A stretch of 64,000 bases of DNA from an uncultured Lachnospiraceae bacterium (GCA_910587765.1 CAJUNR010000021.1:14131-78130); one strand, 5' to 3'. Positions 32,207 to 41,951 are shown, numbered from the stretch's first letter. Notes: a model not told the origin generated them from the letters alone. Translations and numbers: made by a program.

Positions 32207-33562
32207 GATGTGGATCCGGCTGGATATGCTGCTGTTTTTAACGTCCTGACCGGTACCGCCGCATATTTGTTCTGGCGTCTGACCGTCCGGCTGTGGAAGG
32301 ACCGCTGTTCGGCCCGGTATCTGCACCGGGGACTGCAGGCGGTGATTCTCTGTTTCTGCGCGCCGGTCGCTTACACGCTGGTGTATCTGCATTTTAGAGA
32401 TCTTGACGGTTCCTGGAACGGTGATTTTATGAACGGTACCGGTTTCCTCATGAGAGCGGCTTTCGGAACTGCCGCAGTCTGGCTCCTGGGCGTCCTTATA
32501 TCTGCGATCCGCTGCGGAAGGGAATTATACCGGGAGCGCCCGGTAAAGAGTGTGGTCGTTCCGGAAGAGCAGAGCGAGGTCCGGGTCCTTAGGCAGCTTG
32601 GCCGAACGATGGGAATCCGGCGGCGGATTCCGGTCTGCCGGGGAGAGCGGCTGACGCCGGCCATCGGCGGATTTTTCCGCACCAGGCTGTATCTGGGGAC
32701 GGAACCCCTGGAAGAGGAAGAGCTGTGGATGATCTGCCGCCATGAACTGTATCATTACAGGCATGGAGATATATGGATGCGGAGGTTGCTGCTCCTGCTT
32801 CGGATTTTCTGCTGGTTCTGCCCGTGGTTCGTATGCGGGAAGATCAGCGAGGAATACCGAAGTCTCAGCGAAGATTATGTGGATGAGGAGGTCTGCCGGG
32901 AGGAAGATATGGGCAGATATATACGGATCCTGCTGAAAACTGCTTTGCAGGGTGCGGAAAGGATGCATCTGACGCAGGCGACGGCTGCGGAAAACAGGTG
33001 CGATGTTTTAAGGAGGATAGAGAATATGAAGAGTTTACATAATAAAAAGAATATGACCCGTACCATGGCGGCTGTATGGACTACAGTCTGTCTGCTCATG
33101 GGAAGCACGACCGTATATGCGGCCGGCGCCGGCGTAATCGAAGGGTATGAGGCGCTGTATAAGGCGACGGTGGTGGAAGTTGAGGAGCAGGCAATAGAGG
33201 AACAGTATATAGAATATCGGGAAGAACCGGATGACGGCTGGGTGGCGGAAGAAGGGGAAGTGATGGATGACGGACGTTCTTCGACAGTGCCTTTTGAATG
33301 GACAGTGGGAGCGAATGCGTCAAAGAAAACCCCATCCTTTGAGATGTCTTCTGGCGGATATATTACAGTCAGTGTATCAGTGGAGCCAACGGACTTGAAG
33401 ATAAACGTTGGAATTGTCGAGCCGAATGAAGGAAGGAGATACGTTACTGGTTCTGATACCATACATTATAAATTTTCGTTAGATCAAAGCGGCAGTTATA
33501 TGGTGTTTGTAGAGAACCCGAATAATGTAAAGATTAATGTGACGGGTTATTATAAAAAGTAA
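32187..33562 (+). CDS. M56 metallopeptidase copy 2; 1-bp deletion near 32235 relative to copy 1; 450-aa ORF open from GTG 32210
   Basis: CTGCTGCTTTTTAAC (copy 1) versus CTGCTGTTTTTAAC; HELYH intact. Confidence 0.8.
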
Positions 33563-33615
33563 TCTTCCGGCTTCTTTGTATATGTAAATACAAAGAAGCC
33601 ATCACATAAAATAAA

Positions 33616-33635
33616 TTTTCAATATTTATTGAAAA
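33616..33635. promoter_or_regulatory. Putative BlaI-family operator, island 2 cargo promoter
   Basis: TTTTCAATA-TT-TATTGAAAA. Confidence 0.72.
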
Positions 33636-33765
33636 CTGACATAGGCATGATGATTAATTAGTTTGAAATATCCGATTGTAAGGGAAACCGGAAAGGAGGA
33701 AGGCAGAAGTTTCCCTATATGGCGGATTGTTTTCAAAATGAAATATATTTATTATAAAAGGTAAG

Positions 33766-33966
33766 ATGATGATGAAAAAATTTAAAATGTTAATTTCTGT
33801 TGTGTTTCTTTTTATTATGTGCGGTTCGATGGTGTTCGCTGCTCCTGGTACGGATGCGTACGCAATTTCTGGTGATTCTTCAGAAACAAAGATTTCAGGT
33901 ATCTTTGCCGATACAGATTATGTGATTCTTGAAGAGCTGAAAGAAGGTTCTTCCCGAAGTACGTGA
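33766..33966 (+). pseudogene. 5' fragment paralogous to the secreted protein at 13349-14044
   Basis: Shared signal peptide through DYVI.E.LKEGSS, then premature stop. Confidence 0.8.
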
Positions 33967-33994
33967 TCGAAACATTGCTACTTGGAAAATTGTT

Positions 33995-34351
33995 ATGAAA
34001 AATGCGAAACGTCTTGGAAAACAGATTTTTTTAATGCTCTTCATGGATCTGATGATTTTGTCAATACCGTTTATTGCAAATTATCTGTTTGGTCTGGGCG
34101 ACCGTTTGGGGATTACGGCAGGGGAACTTGTAAACGAAGAAACAGACCAGAGGGTTGATTTCCCGGGACTTTACGTGAAAGATGCCCAAGGCCGTTATTA
34201 TGATCTGAATTATGAACTGGATGAATTGACGGATAAGTTTTCGGAAGAATATCATCTGGGCGACCATGTTTTGACGTTGTACTGGGAGAACAGCAGATTA
34301 CAGAGGCCAAACAAGGTTGACCTCATATATATTTTTAAACTCAAATTTTAA
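33995..34351 (+). CDS. Hypothetical protein with N-terminal TM
   Basis: 118 aa; hydrophobic residues 11-33. Confidence 0.65.
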   Translation: MKNAKRLGKQIFLMLFMDLMILSIPFIANYLFGLGDRLGITAGELVNEETDQRVDFPGLYVKDAQGRYYDLNYELDELTDKFSEEYHLGDHVLTLYWENSRLQRPNKVDLIYIFKLKF

Positions 34352-34389
34352 ATTGTGAGAATTTAATTATATTCTGGAGGATAAATAGT

Positions 34390-35053
34390 ATGTTTCTCCA
34401 TTTTTTTTGGATCCGGTTGATTGGGTTGGAGAATATCCATTTAGCGCAATCGGTCTTTTGAGCATAGATTATGAGGGTGGCAAAGGTGGTTATGGAACGG
34501 GTTTTTAGTAGCAGATAATTTGGTGCTAACAGCCGCCCATAATGTTCAGATATACGAAGAAGGCTACGGAAATGCTACAAAAATTAATTTTTATGCAGGA
34601 TTTGACTATGAGGGGAATTGTGTAGCATCATCAAAAGCACGTGCGTATTACGTCTCAATAGGATGGACAGATTCAATGTCTGCAGATTATGATTGGGCAT
34701 TGTTGAAGTTGAGTACTCCTATAGGTAGTGAAGCTGGGACATTTCCATGTAAGGTTGAATCATCGTTACTTAATAAAAATATAATGTCGATAGGATATCC
34801 GTCAGATCCGGTTTTTATATCTGATAAAGGTTGCACTCAAGGAGTATCAGAAGGAAAAGTGATTTCAGATAATGGTTTATTGATACGTACATTGGCAGAA
34901 GGAAATGAAGGATGCAGTGGTGGGCCTATTTTTGATATCTCAGATGGGAATTTTACTGTAGTTGGTGTAGTTAGCGGAGGGAATATTTTTGATCACATAG
35001 CAGGACCTAAAATTACCACTACAGTTATCAATTTGATCAGGAATTATCTTTAA
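34390..35053 (+). pseudogene. Frameshifted trypsin-like (V8/glutamyl endopeptidase-type) serine protease
   Basis: YPFSAIG...YGTGF in one frame continues as LVADNLVLTAAH, DWALL and GCSGGP in another; shift in the T run at 34502-34506. Confidence 0.8.
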
Positions 35054-35078
35054 GGAAGATATAGAGAGGCAAAAGTAA

Positions 35079-35159
35079 TTCCAACAGAATGCGGTTCTGT
35101 ATAATAACGAGATGGAACGATATCTTTTTTATCATCGTGTTCATCTGAGAGAAAATTAA
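35079..35159 (+). pseudogene. 3' remnant paralogous to gene 15138-15719
   Basis: QQNAVLYNNEMERYLFYHRVHLREN* versus HQNADLYRSELERYLFYHRVHWKDS*. Confidence 0.85.
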
Positions 35160-35225
35160 ATGGTACTTGAGAGCGATGCCCCTATGATGGCAGCAATCAT
35201 CATGGGGGCTTTCGTGTGTTAAATT

Positions 35226-35312
35226 ATGATATCATTTTTAGTCGCTGTTGCGGCAGGTGTTGCTTGCTGCTTCATCTGCAAATGGTTAGACGGCAATGAG
35301 TATGACAACTAG
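35226..35312 (+). CDS. Small hydrophobic peptide, putative type I toxin (Fst/Ldr-like)
   Basis: MISFLVAVAAGVACCFICKWLDGNEYDN*: one TM helix plus KWLD; no clear RBS. Confidence 0.6.
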   Translation: MISFLVAVAAGVACCFICKWLDGNEYDN

Positions 35313-35319
35313 CCTGTAA

Positions 35320-35423
35320 GAAACCCCCCGGACCTGCGCTCCGGGGGTTTTCGCTTTGTGTTAACGTGAACACTGATTTCATTTTCCTGTCGGCATTATA
35401 GTATATGTAGCCTTAAAAAGCAA
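35320..35423 (-). ncRNA. Putative convergent antitoxin RNA with its promoter and shared terminator
   Basis: Minus-strand TTGCTT-17-TATAAT (35423-35395); GC hairpin 35320-35352. Confidence 0.5.
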
Positions 35424-35509
35424 TATGTAAAATTTCCTTGAGTTTCCGCAATTTTTGTAACGAATTATAAATTAATGTGATATAAAGGGTAGAGGAGGTG
35501 AGTTAAGGA

Positions 35510-36016
35510 ATGGATTACTCAGATATGGAAGTTATTTATCAGAAGTATTCCAGGTTGGTTTATGGATTTTTATATTCCCATACGCATAATGCTGAATGGT
35601 CCGAGGAAATGACACAAGAAACTTTTTTGAAGGCAAGTATGTCTATTTCACGTTATGATTCTTCTTGCAAATTGTCTGTATGGCTTTGTCAGATTGCAAA
35701 GCATATATTATGGCAGGAACTCCGGAAAAAGAACCGTTTTAAAATGGTGGAACTTACCGATGATTTGCCGGATGTTTCAATATCGGAAGGGGAAACCTTT
35801 GTTATTCAGCAGGAAAATAAGATAGAACTGTATCGGGCAATCCACCTCCTGTCGGAACGGGAGCGGGAAGTTGTATTGTATCGTATAAGCGGAGAATTAT
35901 CTTTCCGTGAAATCGGGGAAATAATGGGAAAAAGTGAAAATTGGAGCAGAACTGTTTTTTTCCGTGCCAAACAAAAAATCAGAAAGGAGCTTAGTAAGAA
36001 TGAACGAGAAACATAA
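35510..36016 (+). CDS. ECF RNA polymerase sigma factor
   Basis: EEMTQETFLKA, WLCQIAK and LSFREIGEIMG motifs. Confidence 0.92.
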   Translation: MDYSDMEVIYQKYSRLVYGFLYSHTHNAEWSEEMTQETFLKASMSISRYDSSCKLSVWLCQIAKHILWQELRKKNRFKMVELTDDLPDVSISEGETFVIQQENKIELYRAIHLLSEREREVVLYRISGELSFREIGEIMGKSENWSRTVFFRAKQKIRKELSKNERET

Positions 36017-36935
36017 CTGCGACGTGATACGGGATCTTCTTCCCGGTTACATTGACAACATTTTAAGTGACACAGGAAATGAACTGGTGAAAAATCATTT
36101 AGGGGAATGTGAGGAATGCCATAAAATCTATACGGAAATGGAAGAAGGCATTGGAAAGGATGATTTATCTGCCAGTGATACGATGGTTGTGGACGCATTT
36201 AAAAAGATACGAAAGCGTACAAACCGCCTGAAAATAACCGTAGGAATACTGGTAGGTATTCTGTTCATACTCTTGTTATCTGCTGCCCTTAAAATTTATG
36301 TGATCGGCACGCCGCTTGGAACAGGATATATGTCCATACCTGACACCGCATATGACGAAGAAACGGGGCAGCTTACTGTAAACGGAAAAATAAATCTGTA
36401 TTCATTCCACGTCAGTAAAGTGGTGTGGGAAGAAGATGAGAATGATCCAAATGTTGTGAATGTGATCGTTTATTGTGCGGAAACAATTCCCTTTGCAAGA
36501 GATAAGACCGATTTTTCTGTTATCATTCCCGATGTAAAAGGGAAAACGGTTTACCTTGCCTGCCCCGAATATGACCGAAGGGAAATATATGACTGGCGGA
36601 CGCATCACTATGAGGAAGTAGAGAATTTGAAAAAAGAAATATACAGCAAAATACCGGAACTTAGCGAAAAAACGGACGCTTTAAATTGTATGCAGGGAGT
36701 AAAGACAGTGGAAGGCATGGAGGGAATTCATTTTGATGTGGATTTTATATATGGGGAAGATGCATCCTACTGGTGGTTTAATGGTATGCTGACAACGGAC
36801 GGAGAATTTATACCGGCAGATTTTGAAATATGGATTTCTCTTGAAGGGCCCCATAAAATTCTAATCCATGATTATCAGACAGGGGAATATACTGATGACT
36901 TCTCTATTATATCAAACAGAAGGCCGGCAGCATAA
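36000..36935 (+). CDS. zf-HC2 anti-sigma factor with TM and extracellular domain
   Basis: CDVIRDLLPGYID...HLGECEEC; start re-called at 36000. Confidence 0.88.
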   Translation: MNEKHNCDVIRDLLPGYIDNILSDTGNELVKNHLGECEECHKIYTEMEEGIGKDDLSASDTMVVDAFKKIRKRTNRLKITVGILVGILFILLLSAALKIYVIGTPLGTGYMSIPDTAYDEETGQLTVNGKINLYSFHVSKVVWEEDENDPNVVNVIVYCAETIPFARDKTDFSVIIPDVKGKTVYLACPEYDRREIYDWRTHHYEEVENLKKEIYSKIPELSEKTDALNCMQGVKTVEGMEGIHFDVDFIYGEDASYWWFNGMLTTDGEFIPADFEIWISLEGPHKILIHDYQTGEYTDDFSIISNRRPAA

Positions 36936-36996
36936 CAGGCAACAGAGCAGGGCGAAACGGAGAGGGAAAGAAATTTAATATCAAAATAACAGCGTA

Positions 36997-37040
36997 AAGG
37001 CGCATGGAACAGTAAATTGTGAACCATGCGTCTTTTTTGT
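36997..37040 (+). terminator. Intrinsic terminator
   Basis: AAGGCGCATGG/CCATGCGTCTT plus T run. Confidence 0.7.
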
Positions 37041-37377
37041 TTTATATGTTTAACTTGCCTGAGCTCCCGGCAGAACTTGAAATAGGTAATATTTGATGAT
37101 ATACTGAAACGAAGTAAAGGAAGCAGGAATAAGGCCGGGTATTTGCCTGTTTGCAGATGTTTCCGACCGGACGGGGGAAGAATGGCGGTAGATTACAGAC
37201 TATATGAGATGGAACTGTATGATAGAAGCGGTTTTACGGAGCTGAACGAGCGATTGCCGAAGCTGATTCTGAAGAGCCATGCGGGGATGTGAGAGGTTTG
37301 CCGACGGTACAGAAAATAAAATTTTCTGAAACCTTCCGGAAGAAAAATAACGGGTTAAAAATAAGGAGGAACAGACA

Positions 37378-38502
37378 ATGGCACACAAATATTTTGATGC
37401 AGGGGTATTGGAGAAGTTTTGCAAAGACGCGTTCCGGAAATTCGGTTTTTCGGAAGAGGAAAGTTCCATTATTACGGATGTACTGCTGATGTCGGATCAG
37501 TACGGGATCGAGTCTCACGGGATGCAGCGGCTGACGCGCTATCATAAAGGAATCGAGAGCGGGATGATCAAGGTCGACGCGGTTCCGGAGACAGTGTTTG
37601 AGACGCCGGTTTCGGCCGTCATCGACGGACATGACGGCATGGGCCAGCTAATCGGCCACAAGGCCATGCGGACGGCCATAGAGAAGGCCAAAAAGACCGG
37701 CATGGCGGTAGTTACCGTGCGCAATTCCAATCATTACGGAATTGCGGGATATTACGCGAAGATGGCGTGCGACGAGGGATTGATCGGATTGTCGTTTACC
37801 AATTCCGAGGCGATCATGGTGCCGACAAATGCGAGAAAAGCGATGCTGGGCAGCAATCCGATCGCGATTGCGATGCCTGCAAAGCCGTATCCGTTCTTCT
37901 TTGACGCGTCTACCACCGTGGTCACCAGAGGAAAACTGGAGATGTACCGCAAAGCGGAAAAACCGCTGCCGGACGGCTGGGCGCTCGACAAGAACGGGAA
38001 CCCGTCCAATGATGCGGATGACGTTCTGAAGAATATCGTCAATAAAGCAGGCGGGGGGATCATGCCTCTGGGAGAAAATGAAGAAGTGACAGGCAGCCAT
38101 AAAGGGTACGGGTACGGCATGATCTGCGAGATTTTCACCTCGGTTCTGTCACAGGGACTGACGTCCAACCATACGCATACGGGAGACAAGGGAGGAACCT
38201 GCCATGGTTTTATCGCCATCGATCCGGCCGTGTTCGGGGATCCGGAGATGATTCAGCGGCATTTTTCGGCGTTTCTGCAGGAACTGCGGGAAGCCCCCAA
38301 AGCGGACGGCAGGGAGAGAATCTACACGCACGGAGAAAAGGAAATACTGGCGCTGGAGCGCGTGAAAGCGGAGGGCGTCGCCATTGATGTCAAGACGCTC
38401 GTGGAAATGAAGCAGATGAGCGAATATCTGGGCATGGATTTTGAACGTTATTTCGGGGCTCTGACGCTGGAAGATACAGACTATCAGAGCATTTACGGAT
38501 AA
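37378..38502 (+). CDS. Ldh_2 family (type 2 malate/L-lactate dehydrogenase) oxidoreductase
   Basis: GIESHG, NSNHYGIAG, LGSNPIA and GSHKGYG motifs. Confidence 0.92.
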   Translation: MAHKYFDAGVLEKFCKDAFRKFGFSEEESSIITDVLLMSDQYGIESHGMQRLTRYHKGIESGMIKVDAVPETVFETPVSAVIDGHDGMGQLIGHKAMRTAIEKAKKTGMAVVTVRNSNHYGIAGYYAKMACDEGLIGLSFTNSEAIMVPTNARKAMLGSNPIAIAMPAKPYPFFFDASTTVVTRGKLEMYRKAEKPLPDGWALDKNGNPSNDADDVLKNIVNKAGGGIMPLGENEEVTGSHKGYGYGMICEIFTSVLSQGLTSNHTHTGDKGGTCHGFIAIDPAVFGDPEMIQRHFSAFLQELREAPKADGRERIYTHGEKEILALERVKAEGVAIDVKTLVEMKQMSEYLGMDFERYFGALTLEDTDYQSIYG

Positions 38503-38564
38503 TGCAGAACCCCCTGCACTGGATTCGGGCGCTGCCGGTGTCCGGATACGGCAGGGGGGTTTTA

Positions 38565-38645
38565 TGCACACGGGTGTCCGGATGAAATATGTCAGCAAGC
38601 CGACGGATGCCCGGTGCGCGGGCAGGGGAAGATAAATCTTCCCTG
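38565..38645 (+). repeat. Intergenic hairpin repeat family B, copy 1
   Basis: TGCACACGGG.GTCC...GTCAGCAAGC.GACGGA.GCCCGGTG.GC...AATCTTCCCTG; copy at 41847-41922. Confidence 0.8.
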
Positions 38646-38656
38646 CTCGATCGGAT

Positions 38657-39388
38657 TCATCCGGGTTTTCTCACGGCATTGTCATAAAAACGGAAGTAAT
38701 CCGGGCGGTGCCTCGACTGCGTATATTCAAACATTACGCCGTCGCTGTTATAGGTCTGGCTGCTGACCACCGCCATGCAGTTATAATCGTCGGCATTCAT
38801 TTTCAGATATTTTTCATCAATCTGCGTCATCTTTTCTACAGTCATAATCCGTTTACTGTTCACAATCGTCATGTGCAGTGTTTGTTCCAGATATTCGTAA
38901 ATAGAATTTTCCGCGATGTCCTTCGTAAGGCCGGGGACCGCTTCCTTCAGAAAATAATTGTGATTGAGAATCAGAGGGATCCCGTCCAGATAATGGAGGC
39001 GCTGAATATAATAAACCTCTGCTCCGGCGGAAAATCCCGTGTACAAGGCCTGCTTTTCATTTACCGCAAATTCCGTAAACAGGAGCACTCTTGTAGAAGA
39101 ATGGTGTCCGTTGCGTGCGGCGGACTCGCGGAAGCTCTCGATCTCCCCGATGGTAAAGGCGGTCTGCGCGGTCGGCTGATAGATGTTGCGGACGCCCTTC
39201 CCCTGCATGGTCTGTACATAGCCGTCATTTACCAGCCGGCTGACGGCCCGGCGCAGGGTATTGCGGGAACAGTGATACGTCTGAATCAAGGTGTTCTCTG
39301 AGGGCAGAAGTTCCTGATAAGTGAAGACATTGCTTTCAATTTTCTGTTTCAAATCTTTATAAATCGTCTCATATATTGCTTTTGGCAT
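38657..39388 (-). CDS. treR: Trehalose operon repressor (GntR/UTRA)
   Basis: LLPSEN...SRNTLRRA and FEYTQSRHRPD; divergent from treC. Confidence 0.9.
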   Translation of the reverse strand: MPKAIYETIYKDLKQKIESNVFTYQELLPSENTLIQTYHCSRNTLRRAVSRLVNDGYVQTMQGKGVRNIYQPTAQTAFTIGEIESFRESAARNGHHSSTRVLLFTEFAVNEKQALYTGFSAGAEVYYIQRLHYLDGIPLILNHNYFLKEAVPGLTKDIAENSIYEYLEQTLHMTIVNSKRIMTVEKMTQIDEKYLKMNADDYNCMAVVSSQTYNSDGVMFEYTQSRHRPDYFRFYDNAVRKPG

Positions 39389-39464
39389 TCTTGTTTACCT
39401 CTCACACGGCTTTCAACTGTCCGATATCTCTATTATAGAAACGGAGGATAAAAAAGTCAATCTC

Positions 39465-39546
39465 TTGTTTAAACAAATATCGAAAAAGGCATTGACATGT
39501 TCAAACAAGTATGCTATAACATAGAAAAGAACTTATTTAAACAAGT
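39465..39546 (+). promoter_or_regulatory. treC promoter with three TreR-type operators
   Basis: TTGTTTAAACAA, TTGACATGTTCAAACAAGT (identical to the treP promoter) and ACTTATTTAAACAAGT. Confidence 0.8.
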
Positions 39547-39637
39547 TGTTAATTGATGGGCGGAGAAATGCGCACAGGACGCAGGATGTTTGCCGCGTCC
39601 GGCAGGAAAAGACGGATTTGAAATAAAGGAGGAGAAA

Positions 39638-41368
39638 ATGGCAGATTTCAGCAGTCAGGTGGTTTATCAGATTTATCCGAAGTCCTTTCGCGACACCAAC
39701 GGGGACGGTTTTGGAGACATTCCCGGAATCATCGAAAAATTAGATTACCTTCAGGAACTGGGCGTAGATTATCTATGGCTGACCCCGGTGTTTCCCTCTC
39801 CCCAGAGAGACAACGGGTACGACGTGGCAGATTACCGGGAGATCAATCCCCTCTTCGGGACGATGGAGGATCTGGAGAAACTGATCCGCCAAAGCGAAGC
39901 GCGGGGTATGGGCATCATGCTGGATATGGTGTTTAACCATACGTCCACCCAACATGAGTGGTTCCAGAAAGCGCTGGCAGGAGAGGAGAAATATCAGAAC
40001 TATTATATTTTCCGGGAAGGGACGCCGGATCAGGCGCCCACCAACTGGCAGTCCAAATTCGGCGGGACGGCATGGGAATATGTCCCCGGCCTGAAAAAAT
40101 GGTATCTGCGGCTGTACGATGTGACGCAGGCGGATCTGAACTGGGACAACCCGGAGGTCCGGGAGGAATTAAAGGAAATTCTCCGGTTCTGGAAGAAAAA
40201 AGGCATCCGGGCGTTCCGGTTCGACGTAATCAATCTGGTGTCCAAGCCGGAACAGATGCTCGACGATTTTGAGGGAGACGGGCGGAGATTCTACAGCGAC
40301 GGCCCGCATATCCACGAATATCTGAAAGAACTGGTCAGAGACACAGGGATTGAAGACTTCATCACCGTGGGGGAAATGTCCTCTACAACGCTGGAACACT
40401 GCATCCGCTATTCCTCCCCGAAGGAGAAAGAACTCTCCATGTGTTTTAATTTCCATCACCTGAAAGTGGATTACAAAGACGGGGACAAATGGGCGCTGGC
40501 GGCTCCCGATTACCGGAAATTAAAGGAACTTTTTGTCAAATGGCAGGCGGGCATGCAGGAAGGCGGCGGATGGAACGCACTGTTCTGGTGCAACCACGAC
40601 CAGCCCCGGATCGTGAGCAGAATGGGCGATGAGGGCGTATACTGGAAAGCGTCGGCAAAAATGCTGGCGGGTATGATCCATCTGATGCGCGGAACTCCGT
40701 ATATCTATCAGGGGGAAGAGATCGGAATGCTGAATGCCCACTACCCCTCCATCGAGCAGTACCGGGACGTGGAAAGCCTGAACTATTATCAGATCCTGCT
40801 GGAAAAAGGGAAGACGAAAGAAGAGGCGCTGGCGACCCTGGCGGCCAGGTCCCGGGACAACAGCAGGACGCCCATGCAGTGGAACCAGGAGACGTACGGC
40901 GGATTTTCCGAGACGGAACCGTGGATTCCCATGTCTGCGAAATTCAGAGGGAAGATCACCGTAGAAGCTCAGCAAAAGGACGGGGATTCTATTCTCGCTT
41001 TTTATAAAAAACTGATCGCTATGCGGAAGACATATCCGGTGATCGCAAAGGGGGAGATCGCCTTTCTGGAGACCGAAAACGATATGGTGACGGCGTATAA
41101 AAGAGTACTGGGAGATCAGCAGATTGTGGTACTCTGCAATCTGGACGGAAAGCGGCAGCGCATCAGGACGGACGCAAAATGGCGCGGTCTTACGGTGCTG
41201 CTGGAAAACGGCAGCCGGGCGGATGAAGAAAACCCGTCCCGCGCAGATGCGGCTCCCGGCAGAGCTTCCGACCATAAAGGCCGGGTCATATTTTCGGGAG
41301 AGGGAAGTTATACGATGGAACCGTATGAATTACTGGTTCTGGGGAATATGCATCTTCAGGAATCATAA
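39638..41368 (+). CDS. treC: Alpha,alpha-phosphotrehalase (GH13)
   Basis: DMVFNHTS, FRFDVINL and FNFHHLKVDY; start re-called at 39638. Confidence 0.92.
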   Translation: MADFSSQVVYQIYPKSFRDTNGDGFGDIPGIIEKLDYLQELGVDYLWLTPVFPSPQRDNGYDVADYREINPLFGTMEDLEKLIRQSEARGMGIMLDMVFNHTSTQHEWFQKALAGEEKYQNYYIFREGTPDQAPTNWQSKFGGTAWEYVPGLKKWYLRLYDVTQADLNWDNPEVREELKEILRFWKKKGIRAFRFDVINLVSKPEQMLDDFEGDGRRFYSDGPHIHEYLKELVRDTGIEDFITVGEMSSTTLEHCIRYSSPKEKELSMCFNFHHLKVDYKDGDKWALAAPDYRKLKELFVKWQAGMQEGGGWNALFWCNHDQPRIVSRMGDEGVYWKASAKMLAGMIHLMRGTPYIYQGEEIGMLNAHYPSIEQYRDVESLNYYQILLEKGKTKEEALATLAARSRDNSRTPMQWNQETYGGFSETEPWIPMSAKFRGKITVEAQQKDGDSILAFYKKLIAMRKTYPVIAKGEIAFLETENDMVTAYKRVLGDQQIVVLCNLDGKRQRIRTDAKWRGLTVLLENGSRADEENPSRADAAPGRASDHKGRVIFSGEGSYTMEPYELLVLGNMHLQES

Positions 41369-41404
41369 GGAAACGCTGATTTAATCGGCACTTCTATAAG
41401 TTAT

Positions 41405-41448
41405 TGTTCAACCCCACGCTGGCTAGACGTCTGGCGTGGGGTTGAACA
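41405..41448. repeat. REP-like palindrome
   Basis: 15-bp perfect arms TGTTCAACCCCACGC/GCGTGGGGTTGAACA. Confidence 0.7.
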
Positions 41449-41490
41449 GAAAAAAATATCAAAGAAAAATAAAAAATTTTCAGAAAACTA

Positions 41491-41519
41491 TTGACAAATA
41501 GAGAAGGATATTGTAATAT
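41491..41519 (+). promoter_or_regulatory. SigA promoter of an unannotated transcript
   Basis: A-rich UP element, then TTGACA-17-TAATAT. Confidence 0.75.
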
Positions 41520-41523
41520 AAAG

Positions 41524-41842
41524 TCACCAACAAGAAAGAGACACACAAAAGTCTCTGGAAATGGAGGAAAGGTCCAATGGGAAGATGAAATTTTGGTCAT
41601 GATTGGGAACGATCTGAATGTCAGCAAAATGGCGATGAAATCCGGGAGGAAAACGGAAGCCATAATAAAAAGCGGAAGTGCTGATCCTTTCCTGAGCATG
41701 AACAGAGGGTGAAAACAGAACAGTGGATCAAACAATCTGGTGATATCCGGAAATAATCTTGAAAGGAGATAATAAAGGTGAAACTTCAGATTGACTGGTG
41801 AAGAGCCATTCGATTAGATAAAATGATCGGATGGCTCTTTTC
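41524..41842 (+). ncRNA. Putative structured RNA / micro-ORF leader of unknown family
   Basis: Bounded by a promoter and a terminator; several complementary stems; no long ORF. Confidence 0.55.
41801..41842 (+). terminator. Intrinsic terminator
   Basis: AAGAGCCATTCGAT/ATCGGATGGCTCTT plus T run. Confidence 0.8.
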
Positions 41843-41846
41843 CTGT

Positions 41847-41922
41847 GCACACGGGCGTCCAGAGGAAAAGTGTTAGCAAGCTGACGGAGGCCCGGTGTGC
41901 GAGCCGGGGAAAATCTTCCCTG
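41847..41922 (+). repeat. Intergenic hairpin repeat family B, copy 2
   Basis: Similar to 38565-38645. Confidence 0.8.
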
Positions 41923-41951
41923 ATTGATTGCCGGACGGAGGAGAAAAAATT

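Noticed and set aside
41491..41712. 73-aa ORF as a real gene
   Set aside because: Its TTG start is the -35 box of the promoter; only the part from ATG 41599 could be translated
41524..41842. RNase P RNA, T-box or 6S RNA
   Set aside because: GAGGAAAGGTCC only loosely resembles RNase P CR-I and the 3' P4 strand is absent; no T-box motifs; not a single long rod as in 6S
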